Counted from the stretch's first letter, positions 45,104-55,087 are shown. The stretch: DNA of 64,000 nt from a virus (IMGVR_UViG_3300042311_001406:27323-91322), one strand, 5' to 3'. Made by a program: numbers and translations. The notes: generated by a model not told the origin, from the letters alone.

Positions 45104-45250
45104 TCAAGGTTTGGTTGGCTTCTTCTTTTTCTGTTTTCGTCGAAGGTCACGGCTTTCCTGGATCTCGTCAATGATCGTTTCGACGATCGGACAAAGCAAG
45201 ATTCCAATCACGAGAACAGCAAAAGGAACTTCCACGTCGAAGTCACCCAT
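45104..45250 (-). CDS. small single-TM protein with a basic tail
   Basis: FAVLVIGILLCPIV followed by RRKQKKKK. Confidence 0.45.
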   Translation of the reverse strand: MGDFDVEVPFAVLVIGILLCPIVETIIDEIQESRDLRRKQKKKKPTKP

Positions 45251-45254
45251 GCAC

Positions 45255-45983
45255 TCAGCGCTTCCAGAGCGGCTTGTTGGACCAGGCAGCGGAAGTTTCG
45301 GTGTGCATGTAGGCGCTTGTGTCGTGCAGACGCTCCTCGAACGCGAAGAAGTCACGAAGAACCAGCGAGATGCTGTACTGACGCAGGAACAGGTCCGGCG
45401 TCACCCACAGCGCCCGCAGCAGCATGTGCAGTACCACAGTCCCCGTCGTCGCTGAGAACGGGTTGCTGGGGTCGATGTTTTCTCCAGAGAACACCCGGAG
45501 GCGAAGGTTCTCTTGCCCGTTCTTCTCGTTGGGAATCCACTCGCTTTTGACCATAGAGCGGATCTGATCAACCGTGTACGTGGCGACCAACGGCGCAGCC
45601 TGTCCGGCTCGGACCTTGGCGTAATGGACGCCGTGATCCCGTGAGAAGTCACTGAGCATTTGGCGCATGGTCATGTAGTTGGCGTCTTCCGTCGGTTTCT
45701 CCGTGAGGATGGCAACAATCAACTGCGCGTCTTCGATGCGCATGGGCCACTTTGCTTGGCGGCCGTCGATGCCGGCAAGGGCGAGCGCTGCGTGCGACTT
45801 GGTGTACCCAGTCAGAATGTCTTCGACCAGGTGGTGATTCAGAACCACGCGAGCAGCCTGGTTTTGAGCCCATGCCTCACGGCAGGTCTCCAGCCAGTTG
45901 CCGAAGGCTGTGTTGCTGGTGTTGGCTGTGGCCTTGGTACGGTTTGCTGCTTTACTCATCTCTTCCTTCTTTCTGTGCGCCAC
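45255..45983 (-). CDS. hypothetical protein (possible HTH at C-terminus)
   Basis: 242-aa ORF; AAGGAAGAG favours a start at the MSKAA codon. Confidence 0.6.
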   Translation of the reverse strand: MAHRKKEEMSKAANRTKATANTSNTAFGNWLETCREAWAQNQAARVVLNHHLVEDILTGYTKSHAALALAGIDGRQAKWPMRIEDAQLIVAILTEKPTEDANYMTMRQMLSDFSRDHGVHYAKVRAGQAAPLVATYTVDQIRSMVKSEWIPNEKNGQENLRLRVFSGENIDPSNPFSATTGTVVLHMLLRALWVTPDLFLRQYSISLVLRDFFAFEERLHDTSAYMHTETSAAWSNKPLWKR

Positions 45984-46074
45984 GTTCGTGTGGCTTGGCC
46001 AGCATCATTGCAGCTGGCGACGCATGACCGACATGGCCATGTGCCGGCGCCTGAGCGGGCGCCGTTCGCAGAGA

Positions 46075-46308
46075 TCAAGACAGACGCGCGCCGCGGCCTG
46101 CGGCCTGTTTGTCATGCCAGTATTTCATGGTCTCTTCTTCCGTTGCATTCTCGACGCTGAGGACATCGAAGTTGCCGTCGAAGATCATGCTGTCGACTTT
46201 GTTCATGGCATCGTTGACCGTGACGCCGTCAACGAATGCGAGTGAGACGTGTTCTCCGGTAGCCGCAGTCGATGGCTGCCGGCGAACCTTGAAGACGAAG
46301 CCATTCAT
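46075..46308 (-). CDS. small hypothetical protein
   Basis: ATGA coupling with the upstream gene, AGGTGG upstream. Confidence 0.5.
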   Translation of the reverse strand: MNGFVFKVRRQPSTAATGEHVSLAFVDGVTVNDAMNKVDSMIFDGNFDVLSVENATEEETMKYWHDKQAAGRGARLS

Positions 46309-46730
46309 GCTGCCACCTGTTCCTCTGTGAGCTGTTCGTACATGTCGTCGACGAAGTCGAGCACGTCGCTCCACTGTTCCGCTGGCCAAACAAGCTGGGT
46401 CTTGTGCGTCGACAAGACGAGCCAGTGTCCTGACTCTTCGGTGACAGGGTGCTGCATGGCGACGTGTACGGCCATCGACAAGAAGCTGCCACCCATGGCT
46501 GCCGTTCGTGCCACTGTGATGCGGTCGATGCTGCGGAAATTGCGCATGCCCAGGAAGAACCACAGACGATGCACGTGCATGTCTTCATTGCTCCTGCACT
46601 CGATGACGCTGGCGATGAACTTGTCGACTTCTGGTTTCGAGAAGTGGGTCAGGCTCTCGCCCAGGGTCGTGCGGAGGCTGGCGATGGTGGTCGTTGCGAG
46701 CTTGAGGGTCTGACGTCGAAGGTTTTCCAT
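46305..46730 (-). CDS. hypothetical protein
   Basis: A-rich leader before MENLRR. Confidence 0.6.
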   Translation of the reverse strand: MENLRRQTLKLATTTIASLRTTLGESLTHFSKPEVDKFIASVIECRSNEDMHVHRLWFFLGMRNFRSIDRITVARTAAMGGSFLSMAVHVAMQHPVTEESGHWLVLSTHKTQLVWPAEQWSDVLDFVDDMYEQLTEEQVAA

Positions 46731-46760
46731 GGTGCTTTCTTCTTTCTGTGGTGGATCATG

Positions 46761-46806
46761 TAAAGAAACGCGGCGCATCCGAAGCTGCCACTCCGGATGC
46801 GCCGCG
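46761..46806 (-). terminator. intrinsic terminator
   Basis: 13-bp perfect stem CGCGGCGCATCCG/CGGATGCGCCGCG followed by TTTCTTTA on the minus strand. Confidence 0.7.
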
Positions 46807-46845
46807 CTGGTGATGGCTCACTCACCCATCGTTGGCAGCGACGGG

Positions 46846-47214
46846 CTATGCGACATCAACCGCGAGTGACCAAAACCGCGACAGCGCGCGGTCAGAGGTC
46901 AAATCCTCCAACATCAGTGGTTTCTCACTGGGTTCGAGGTAGAGGCACCCTGCGCCAAGGTCACCGAGGAAGGACACGCACACCGTGTCACCCCCCAGCA
47001 CCAAGTCACGCATGGTGTCGTCGTCGTAGAAGCTCTCACTGGAGATCAAGCTGAGGAGCTTTTTCAGCTTTTCATCAATGCTGGCGATCAGCGTCTCACC
47101 GCTGAGCACCACGTCTTCAGGGAACGACTCACTGCTCTGGAACGTGGCAAGTCCGGAAAGTTCACCACGAAGATCTTCGGCAGCTGCAAAGATCTGTTCA
47201 ACCCACTCAATCAT
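46846..47214 (-). CDS. acidic hypothetical protein
   Basis: GGAG RBS, 122 aa. Confidence 0.6.
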   Translation of the reverse strand: MIEWVEQIFAAAEDLRGELSGLATFQSSESFPEDVVLSGETLIASIDEKLKKLLSLISSESFYDDDTMRDLVLGGDTVCVSFLGDLGAGCLYLEPSEKPLMLEDLTSDRALSRFWSLAVDVA

Positions 47215-47286
47215 TCTTGCTCCAATCGGCCACGAGGCGGGGAGCTCCGCTGTGTGGCCATAGGCGAGTGGGCCGCTCGCCGGTGA

Positions 47287-47505
47287 TCAATACAGATGAA
47301 CGCCAACCTCTTTGAGGTTGAAGATGCTCTCCTGGTCTTCGATGAAAACGTCGAAGCTGATGCCGCTCACCAGGAATATTTCGTACTTTTTGAGTTCTTC
47401 ATTTTTGACGATGTAGGCGATGTGGTCGACGTTGATTACGGTCCCTCTGACCGGTTCCATGCCTATGTCAAAAATGTGCGCGAAGCGAACGTTGTGGTTG
47501 GACAT
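47287..47505 (-). CDS. small hypothetical protein, lower GC
   Basis: AAGGA RBS; INVDHIAYI motif. Confidence 0.6.
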   Translation of the reverse strand: MSNHNVRFAHIFDIGMEPVRGTVINVDHIAYIVKNEELKKYEIFLVSGISFDVFIEDQESIFNLKEVGVHLY

Positions 47506-47517
47506 GTTGATCCTTGC

Positions 47518-47546
47518 AAAAGAAAGCGCCTGTCAAAGACAGGCGC
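47518..47546 (-). terminator. intrinsic terminator
   Basis: GCGCCTGTC-TTT-GACAGGCGC followed by TTTCTTTT on the minus strand. Confidence 0.7.
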
Positions 47547-47574
47547 GGGTGTGCATGCGTCATGACGGCGCAGT

Positions 47575-47964
47575 TCAGGCCTGGCCCCATCCTTCAGGGC
47601 TCACGGTCTGCATGTGAAGGTGCAGATCCATGAAGGAGCAGCAGACGACTCGAAGCGCGAACAGGTCAAACTCGTCGCGGAGTGTGGCCATCTTCTCGCT
47701 GTTCGACGCCGACTGGTTGACCAAGGTCAAGATCTCTTGCTTCCAGCAGCGCCGTGAGATGTCTTCAAACTCTGCGCGGTGCACCTTGCCGATCTCTGTG
47801 TACTTCATGTGCATCAACACGAAGTTGGCGACGGCCGAAGACGGCTGGCTGCGCATTTCAGAGAGGAGCGCCTTGGTCAGGCAGGCGATGCATTGCCCGC
47901 ACTTGTCTTCCTCGTGGCTGTTGTTCATGCGGTCGCCCTGATTGGTGTTCTTGGTGTCGGTCAT
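47575..47964 (-). CDS. hypothetical protein with CxxCxxC
   Basis: AAGGA RBS; KCGQCIAC. Confidence 0.6.
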   Translation of the reverse strand: MTDTKNTNQGDRMNNSHEEDKCGQCIACLTKALLSEMRSQPSSAVANFVLMHMKYTEIGKVHRAEFEDISRRCWKQEILTLVNQSASNSEKMATLRDEFDLFALRVVCCSFMDLHLHMQTVSPEGWGQA

Positions 47965-48008
47965 GGCTTTTCCTTCTTTCTGCTTTCTGTCTTGGTTGCA
48001 ATGGAAGA

Positions 48009-48734
48009 TCAGACTTGCGTCATGATCTCTTGGGTTGAAGCGTCGAACGAATAGTGCCCGAAGGCGCCGATGATGACCTGTGCTGCATGGCGCAAGTCCT
48101 TCACGACATGAGGAGGCGTGGAGGACAAGAGCGCACCCAGTGGCTTCCCGTACGCAAAAGAGCGCAGCGCCACGTAGTCGACATCATTCGCCTTGACCTC
48201 GATGTCTTTGCCGCGGAATCGCAGGTCGACCGAGCATTCGCCCTTTGACATCGCTTTGACGACGACGCCGACCTCGTCGCCACGCGTCGTGATCATGGTG
48301 ATGCCCGTGTACAAGTTGAAGCCGAACGAGTCGTCGCGAATGGAGCCGACCACGTCTGTGTAGAAAGTGATGCGGCAGGCATTCAGCGCTTTTTCTGTGG
48401 CATGCCCGATGGACGCTTTGACGGCATCCATCAGCAGCTCTTCGATGGTGACCATCGAGAGGCCTGCCAAACCTTCAGCGTTGTAGGAATCGTCAGCCGA
48501 GACGATGTCGTTGACGGGCTTCCCGTTCAGCCGAAGAGAGACGGCCAGCGTCTCAGGGTTGATGGAGAGAAGCGCCCGACAGTATGCCGGCAGCAGGTCG
48601 CCGCTGCTCAGCTTGATCTTCTGCATCAGCGACATTCTGAGGATGGGTTTTTGCGTTGGGCTGACGCCGGTGATTCCACCCTGCAGGAGGGTGATGATCG
48701 ACTGGTGAACGATGCTCGCGTTGACGTTTGACAT
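48009..48734 (-). CDS. hypothetical protein, first gene of the leftward cluster
   Basis: GGGAG RBS; conserved promoter upstream. Confidence 0.7.
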   Translation of the reverse strand: MSNVNASIVHQSIITLLQGGITGVSPTQKPILRMSLMQKIKLSSGDLLPAYCRALLSINPETLAVSLRLNGKPVNDIVSADDSYNAEGLAGLSMVTIEELLMDAVKASIGHATEKALNACRITFYTDVVGSIRDDSFGFNLYTGITMITTRGDEVGVVVKAMSKGECSVDLRFRGKDIEVKANDVDYVALRSFAYGKPLGALLSSTPPHVVKDLRHAAQVIIGAFGHYSFDASTQEIMTQV

Positions 48735-48800
48735 GTGCTGCTCCCGCTGGGTGGAACTGCACCGTCACAACGACGGCACAGAAACAGATACTTGATCTGT

Positions 48801-48835
48801 TTCTATTTTATGCCGTGATCTACTGGTGTTTTTTA
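48801..48835 (-). promoter_or_regulatory. conserved phage promoter motif, copy 3
   Basis: TAAAAA-N14-CGGCATAAAATAGAA. Confidence 0.7.
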
Positions 48836-49249
48836 CGCCGTCATCGTCGGCCTGCTCATCGTCGAAAGCACCAGATCGTCGATGACCTTCGACATCTCGT
48901 TCGCGTGCTTGGTGATGAGTTCGTAGACCACGTCTGGCGAACGGTCGTGACTGGCCACAGCCCGAAGGTGGGTCGTGCTCAGCGCCACCAGGGCCTCGTC
49001 GGCGGTCAACCCCTCAAGGCGCAGCGTCAGCATGGCGTTGTAGAGGCGGACGCACCCTCTCTCGATGCGTTCCTCTTGCAACTCAATGCGGATGCTTGGC
49101 GGGTCGTCAGCGGCGGCGGCCGCCACCGCTGCTGGCTTCTTCACCCGGCGCGAGGCGGGTGGTTTTGCTCTGGCTCTGGGCTTCTTGGTTGCGGGCTGTG
49201 GATCAGCCGCATCATGGACATCCACCCGTACTTTTCGTGGCGAACGCAT
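48833..49249 (-). CDS. hypothetical protein
   Basis: Basic N-terminus and helical C-terminus; start uncertain. Confidence 0.5.
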   Translation of the reverse strand: MRSPRKVRVDVHDAADPQPATKKPRARAKPPASRRVKKPAAVAAAAADDPPSIRIELQEERIERGCVRLYNAMLTLRLEGLTADEALVALSTTHLRAVASHDRSPDVVYELITKHANEMSKVIDDLVLSTMSRPTMTA

Positions 49250-49440
49250 ACATCCCCCGATTTGAAGCAGGCGCCATCGCCAACATTGGCTTTGAGCTGA
49301 AAGCGTCCGTCACCAAGGTCGTCTGCGTCAACCGCGAAGCCTGCGACGACGACTCTGGTGCGCACTCGACCAAGACGCTGCGACATGTCTGTCATCGTCG
49401 TCTCGTCTTTGGCGGGGCTGTTGCTGCTGATGCTGTTCAT
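49141..49440 (-). CDS. hypothetical protein
   Basis: ATGA-coupled to the helicase stop with AGGAGG; overlaps the next ORF. Confidence 0.35.
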   Translation of the reverse strand: MNSISSNSPAKDETTMTDMSQRLGRVRTRVVVAGFAVDADDLGDGRFQLKANVGDGACFKSGDVCVRHEKYGWMSMMRLIHSPQPRSPEPEQNHPPRAG

Positions 49441-50885
49441 AGTGCTGACACTGCCTCCTGGTTGAGACGGTTCTTCTCTTTTCGCCGATTGACAATCCAC
49501 TCGTCGATGGTTGTTTCTGGCTTGATGATCGGGTGCCAGAAGCGCTTCGGCGCCGTCGCCAGGTACTTCTGCACCAGCAGGTTCCGCTTCTCTGGCGGCA
49601 GGTGTGCATGGCTCTTGAAGCGTTCACCACGGCCCTGCACCTGAACTCCTCTCTCCGGATTCCAGTGGTCCTCCGTCATCTGCAGCAAACGGACGCCCTT
49701 CAGGTCAAGACCTTCACCGCCTGCCGGGGAGATGCCCAGCACCTTGGTGCGACCTTCATTGAAGTCTTTGACGACGGCAGCGCGCTGCTTGTCCGTCATG
49801 CCGCCGCGGAACGTTTTGGAGCCAAGCCCTTGCTCGTTCAGCTTCTTGGTGACTGGCGTGACACCGGCATCCAGGAAGCTGGAGTACACCACGCTCCGGA
49901 AGTGCGGATCGTTCTTGGCCAAGCGATGCTGTTCCTCGATCATCTTCTGCATCTTGGGGCTGGCCGCAACTGGGTCTTTGACGCTGAGGTCATAGTTGGC
50001 TGGCGTGTTACTGATCTGGCGCACGGCGACAGAGAAGGCGTTCATGTTCGCCAAGTCGTTCTTTGATGGCGGCAAGTTGTTCTTGATCTTGCGAGCAAAG
50101 TTCGGGTTCTTCTTGAGGACGTTCTGGTAGAGCGCCCACTGCTGCTTCTGCATGGGGACTCGAACTTCCTGCTCCTGCACCGTCGGGAAGTTGGCGTTGA
50201 ACTTCTCGTCGCCCATGTACCGATGCACGTACGGGCCAATGACCTTGCGGACCCCCTGGGGATCGGTCACGGATTCGATCTTCGGCGCTTCTTTCCTGGT
50301 GAGGAACTCGCCGACGGTTCGACGTCGTTGCGGCACCAGCTTCACATGGCGGCGCACAAAGTCGTTCTCGTCACGGTAGATCTGCTTCCCGCTGACGATG
50401 TTGACCAGCGGCGCAATCTCCTTGGGGTGGTTGTTCACCAGGCTGCCAGTCAAGCCGAGGACGAACGGCATCTGGTGGCGGGTGCGCATCAGGGCACCCT
50501 GGGCCTTGCCAGGATTGCGGGCACGCTGCAGCTCGTCGAGGATGACGGTTTTGGGCCGGATGGAAGCCAGAGCCATCTCTGGGTTCTTCGAGAACTGCTC
50601 GTAGCTCATGACGTGGTAGCGGTTGTGGCGGTCCTCGGTCGTGAAGCGCTTCACGCTGTCGTTGAAGTTGTTGCGGAGGGCGGCGGGGCCAATGACCAGC
50701 GTGTCGCCGCCGCGGTCTTCGGCGACGGCGATAGCGCCTGGTGTCTTGCCGGCGCCCACACGCCAGTTGGCGATCTGCCCAGTGCTGTTCCGAGCTCGCT
50801 CGCGAAGCTCCTCCTGGTGACGCTGCAGCTTGACCTCAGGACGCAATGCGGCCTGTTTCACGATGATCGCGCCAAGGTTCAGCAT
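49437..50885 (-). CDS. SNF2-like superfamily 2 helicase/translocase
   Basis: VGAGKT, ILDELQ, LTGS, SPK, AGGEGLDL, WNP...QVQGRGER. Confidence 0.9.
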   Translation of the reverse strand: MLNLGAIIVKQAALRPEVKLQRHQEELRERARNSTGQIANWRVGAGKTPGAIAVAEDRGGDTLVIGPAALRNNFNDSVKRFTTEDRHNRYHVMSYEQFSKNPEMALASIRPKTVILDELQRARNPGKAQGALMRTRHQMPFVLGLTGSLVNNHPKEIAPLVNIVSGKQIYRDENDFVRRHVKLVPQRRRTVGEFLTRKEAPKIESVTDPQGVRKVIGPYVHRYMGDEKFNANFPTVQEQEVRVPMQKQQWALYQNVLKKNPNFARKIKNNLPPSKNDLANMNAFSVAVRQISNTPANYDLSVKDPVAASPKMQKMIEEQHRLAKNDPHFRSVVYSSFLDAGVTPVTKKLNEQGLGSKTFRGGMTDKQRAAVVKDFNEGRTKVLGISPAGGEGLDLKGVRLLQMTEDHWNPERGVQVQGRGERFKSHAHLPPEKRNLLVQKYLATAPKRFWHPIIKPETTIDEWIVNRRKEKNRLNQEAVSAL

Positions 50886-51739
50886 TACGACTCCGAATCA
50901 GGAAGGAGATAGGTCTCGGGAACGGTGTCGCTGCGTTCCTGCTCTTGAATCTGCTGCAGAGTGGCGATGGTCTGCGACGGGTACGAGACGCGCGTCATCA
51001 TCTTGGGCAGGTCGCTCTGCTTCTTCTCGATCTTCTTGGCACGCTGCATCTGCGACGACTGCATGGCCATCTTGGCCCAAGTCACAGCGAACTTGTCCTG
51101 ACCAGGCGTGTCGTCGTTGACTGCCTTCATGAACTTCATGTAGCTGGCGACCTGGATGCTTCTGACGATGTCGTCGGTACTGAGTTCACTGTCATCAGGA
51201 AGAATACCGGCTTCCCACGCGGCCGCCGCTGGCTGCTGGGTGATCGGGACGAAGTCGTGCGGGACTTCTCGCTCGATGCGGCCGAGGGTGTAGTAGTTCC
51301 TGAAGTCGATCGACGTGAGCGTCTTTGTGTCCCAGAAGCAGTCTCTGAAGAGTCTGATGGACTCCTCGGTGAGCTTGGCGTTTGCTCGGAGATTGAGGAC
51401 AGTCGCGATGTGGTGCAGAGCCATTCGCTCAATGAGGAAGCGTTCGGCCAATGCTCGAAGCGGCGCCGTTTCCACGATCGAGTAACAACGATCAAGATCT
51501 TCGGAGCCTTGTGCCTCGTCGAAGATCTCCACGTCGCAATGTTGCCGCCACTGAGCGCTCTCCACAGCCCCGTAAGCATTGGTCATCTGGCCTTGGGTGC
51601 AGGTTCTGACGATCTCCTCAAGGTCTTCAAGACGAGGTCGCACAAATCCAAGGTCAGCGACGTGACCTTGGATTTGCTTGGCTGACTCACCTTCAAGAGC
51701 CAGCCAGCGCAGGTACCGGTGATACGGGTAGCGGTTCAC
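50885..51739 (-). CDS. hypothetical protein
   Basis: 284 aa, GTG start with GGAG, coupled on both sides. Confidence 0.65.
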   Translation of the reverse strand: MNRYPYHRYLRWLALEGESAKQIQGHVADLGFVRPRLEDLEEIVRTCTQGQMTNAYGAVESAQWRQHCDVEIFDEAQGSEDLDRCYSIVETAPLRALAERFLIERMALHHIATVLNLRANAKLTEESIRLFRDCFWDTKTLTSIDFRNYYTLGRIEREVPHDFVPITQQPAAAAWEAGILPDDSELSTDDIVRSIQVASYMKFMKAVNDDTPGQDKFAVTWAKMAMQSSQMQRAKKIEKKQSDLPKMMTRVSYPSQTIATLQQIQEQERSDTVPETYLLPDSES

Positions 51740-54108
51740 ACGTCTCCGTGTGCCTTTTCCTTGCGGTACACGTAGTCGGACTTCAGCAGGCGCAACTGAT
51801 CACAGGTGCGTGCGATGCCCTCCATGGCTTCCTTGACGGAAGCTTCACGGACGTGTTCGAGGCCGAGGCGGGTGGCGACCAGAAGCTTGGCGAGGTCGTT
51901 GCCGACTTTCTCGAACGTGTCGAGGTTGTCGACGAACATTCGCATGTTCTCGGTGCTCAGGAAGTTGAGGCTGAGGATGCTGTTGACGGTCTCTTCGTTC
52001 TTGGTCTCCTGCGCTGCCTTCATCAGGCCAGGCGTCACGATCTGCTTGGTCGCGGCCGCAACGTTGCGAGCGAGTGGGCTGTCAATCACCAGGTCGGCAG
52101 TGGCCGTCTTTTCGGTCTCGGTGATCTCGCCGTGACCCTGTGGGGCATGCAGACCTGCGATCAGGATGCCGTCAGGGTTCTCGGCGGTGACCTGTGCCAC
52201 CTTCTCGATGTCGACGAGGTCGTCGGCATTGGTGATGCCCATGCCAACCAGCAGCTCGAAGCAGCTGGTATCGGTGAGGCCATTCAGGCCGGCACCGCGC
52301 ATCGACACCGTCCAGTCGTTGTCGCCAAGGCGCTGCACGCGGACGTCGGAAGTCGCCTCAGCGGCGACCTTGGTGAGGTCGACCTGGTGGCCAGCAGCCG
52401 CGATGGGCTTGCTGAACTCGATCCACTGCGCGTTCTCGGGGATGTAGACGGCGAGGTCGCCGGCTTTGCGCATGACCGGGTTCAACGTGCTGGCGCTGCT
52501 CACTGGGATCGGCGAGTTGACGGCACGGGTCGGGATGAAGTTGACCTTCACGCCCGTGTGCTCGTCGACGCACGAGATCATCATCGTTGCCCGGTTCGGC
52601 TCGTTCAGGCTGGCGATGCTGGTGACGTTGCGAACACGCAACGGCGTCGACGCCACAGCTCGGTTGCCAATCATGATGACCAGGCAGCCGAGGCGTCCGG
52701 TCTTGGGGTCAGTCGTGCGCCAACCGTTCAGGCTGTCACCCATCGGCGTACCGAAGAAGCGCTCGCTGTAGGCGAAGCGACCGTCGCCGGTGACCGCGAG
52801 CTTGAGCTTCGTCCCACCACCGTTGGCTGCGAACACCGATTGGATGACGCCAGCCGGCACCGTCATGCCGTTGCCGCGGAGCGCCACCGAGAACAGGCCC
52901 TGTCGCGAAATCTCGGCCATGCTGCTGCTGGGTGGGCGGCGGAAGCTCCACGACGTCTGGCCGATGTTCTCGGTGGCGACGTAGAGACCCTTCGTCTCCA
53001 GCTTCTTCATGGCCGCGTCGAAGTTGGGGCCGAGCAAGTCTTCGAGTTCCTTGCGCGACTTGACGACCTGTTCTGCCGATCCTGGGAACTTCACGGTGAC
53101 CGCGTCGGTCAGCATGTCGCGACGCACGATCATGATGTTGGGTGCCTTGGTGTGCGCCTTGGCGTCGACGGTTCCGCGCGAGCGCAGGATGAAGTCGAGG
53201 CTCGCGATCGACTCGCCGTGCAGCATCATCGGGTTGTCGACGACGATGCGACGGAACTGTTCCACGTCGTTGTCGCCCATGACGCCAGCCACCTTCTTGA
53301 GGAGGTCGGCAGCCGTCGCGACCTTGGTGATGGCGCGGTACTGGTCCTCGACGCCGAGGCCTTTGCGGGCGACGGCGTGGGCGCCGCCGACCAGGGCGCC
53401 AATGCTGCCGCCACGGGTGACGGCGCGCACGAGAGCCTGGGCGCGGTTCTTGTTGGTCACCTTCTTGCCGCTGGCCTGCGCCTGGCGGTCCATGTTCTCC
53501 AGCTCACGGGTGGCCTGCAGGCCGGTGCCGGTGATACCACCCAAGATGGCACCACGAGCCACACCTTTGGCGGCGGCACTCGCTGCGCTGCCGGTCTTGG
53601 CGAAAGGAGCGCTGCCCGCTTGGGGGGTGAACTCCAGCGGCGAAACGTCGCCGGTCATCTCGCCGACGTACATGTTGCCGCCGCGGACCATGCGCTTCTG
53701 CTCTTGGCCGACAGGCGTACCCATCGGCAGCGAGAGCAATGCCTGCTTGATCGACGTGGGCGTCAGGGGGCGGATGGTGCCCTTGTGCTCGTAGACGTCG
53801 AACGGCTTCATCTCAGGCTCGTCGCCCATGCGCGACTTCGAGATGATGAAGGGCAGGTTGACGCCGGTCTCACCGATGATGACGCTGCCGACCGCGGCAC
53901 CCTTGCTCAGGTCGGTGCGATCGAAGTGAATGTCGAGCTCGTTGAGATTCTCGATGTACGGAAGTTCTCGGGCGACGTTCTGGATGATCTCTTCTTCCCA
54001 CATCCGTGGATCGGAAGAGAGCCGAGCACTGGCCGTCTTCTCCGAGAAGAGATCATCGACTTCGTCGCGCTGGGACTTGTTGATGAACAGGGGCATCCGC
54101 GTCGTCAT
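51736..54108 (-). CDS. large K-x-A-containing putative head/core protein
   Basis: 790 aa; EKTAS, TKVAT, KKVAG, TKVAA, EKVAQ, EKTAT; internal glycine-zipper module. Confidence 0.7.
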   Translation of the reverse strand: MTTRMPLFINKSQRDEVDDLFSEKTASARLSSDPRMWEEEIIQNVARELPYIENLNELDIHFDRTDLSKGAAVGSVIIGETGVNLPFIISKSRMGDEPEMKPFDVYEHKGTIRPLTPTSIKQALLSLPMGTPVGQEQKRMVRGGNMYVGEMTGDVSPLEFTPQAGSAPFAKTGSAASAAAKGVARGAILGGITGTGLQATRELENMDRQAQASGKKVTNKNRAQALVRAVTRGGSIGALVGGAHAVARKGLGVEDQYRAITKVATAADLLKKVAGVMGDNDVEQFRRIVVDNPMMLHGESIASLDFILRSRGTVDAKAHTKAPNIMIVRRDMLTDAVTVKFPGSAEQVVKSRKELEDLLGPNFDAAMKKLETKGLYVATENIGQTSWSFRRPPSSSMAEISRQGLFSVALRGNGMTVPAGVIQSVFAANGGGTKLKLAVTGDGRFAYSERFFGTPMGDSLNGWRTTDPKTGRLGCLVIMIGNRAVASTPLRVRNVTSIASLNEPNRATMMISCVDEHTGVKVNFIPTRAVNSPIPVSSASTLNPVMRKAGDLAVYIPENAQWIEFSKPIAAAGHQVDLTKVAAEATSDVRVQRLGDNDWTVSMRGAGLNGLTDTSCFELLVGMGITNADDLVDIEKVAQVTAENPDGILIAGLHAPQGHGEITETEKTATADLVIDSPLARNVAAATKQIVTPGLMKAAQETKNEETVNSILSLNFLSTENMRMFVDNLDTFEKVGNDLAKLLVATRLGLEHVREASVKEAMEGIARTCDQLRLLKSDYVYRKEKAHGDV

Positions 54109-54154
54109 CTTTGACCTCTTGTGTAGAGACTACCGTTGTACGGTAACACCATCA

Positions 54155-55087
54155 TCAGCAGTTTTGGAGCTTTGTGAGCAGCAACTGTACCTGCTCCAAA
54201 GGCCCAAGAACAGGCGCCAGCTTCTCGCGGATGTCGTTCATCGCCGTTGGCAAGTCGGACACGTTGGACAGGTCAGGGAAGTCCAGCAGCGTGCCCTGCT
54301 GCAGGCCGTCGATGACGCCGATGAGCTCATCTCTGGCCTCGTCACTGGGAAGCGGAATCAGTCCGTTCTTGATCGCGAACTTGAGCAGGTTGGCGACAGA
54401 GGCCGGCATGCCCTGGCTGATTGGCTGAGACATGGTTGAGACGTTCTGCAGGATCGGAATCAGGTTCGACAGTGGTCCGGCAGCGTGTTGCATGGCGTCA
54501 GCAACAGCCTCACGAGCGCACGCCAGCTTGGCGTCGATAACAGGGTCCCCAGTGTCTGCTGGGATTTTTGACATCTGATCGCTCAGGTCGTTGAGCTTCG
54601 CCGTCACGCCAGACATCACCACCGTTGAGGCGTTGAGCGTGTCCTTCACCGTCGCCAGCATCGAGAGATGCGGGATCAGGCCGATGAGCTTGACACCTTT
54701 CAGGATGACAGCGAGTGCATCGGAGATGAGCTTCCCTGGGTCAGGGACACCAGTGTCACCGGCTGGCTTGCCTGGGATCGGTGTGTCCACGTCGCTGTTG
54801 ATGATCGTTGGCACCGGGAAAACGGTCCCCAGTACCGGATTGATGATGCTGAGGGTTCCCAGCAGCGTCAACATGAAGGTCATCAAGGCCATCACGAACC
54901 CGACGATGTCGAATGCTGGCTGCATTGCGCCAAGTGCTGGAGCTGCTTGCGACAACAGCGAGTTCACAGGGTCCAGCGCGTTCGGGAATTGCTGGCTGCT
55001 GTTTGGCTGGCTCTGGATCTTGATACCGCCTGGAAGCGTGATGGAGATTTGCGGAGGGGGAGGAGCGATACGGATGCAGCCGCCCAT
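54155..55087 (-). CDS. hypothetical helical protein with hydrophobic segments
   Basis: TGATG coupling to the spike-like gene. Confidence 0.65.
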   Translation of the reverse strand: MGGCIRIAPPPPQISITLPGGIKIQSQPNSSQQFPNALDPVNSLLSQAAPALGAMQPAFDIVGFVMALMTFMLTLLGTLSIINPVLGTVFPVPTIINSDVDTPIPGKPAGDTGVPDPGKLISDALAVILKGVKLIGLIPHLSMLATVKDTLNASTVVMSGVTAKLNDLSDQMSKIPADTGDPVIDAKLACAREAVADAMQHAAGPLSNLIPILQNVSTMSQPISQGMPASVANLLKFAIKNGLIPLPSDEARDELIGVIDGLQQGTLLDFPDLSNVSDLPTAMNDIREKLAPVLGPLEQVQLLLTKLQNC

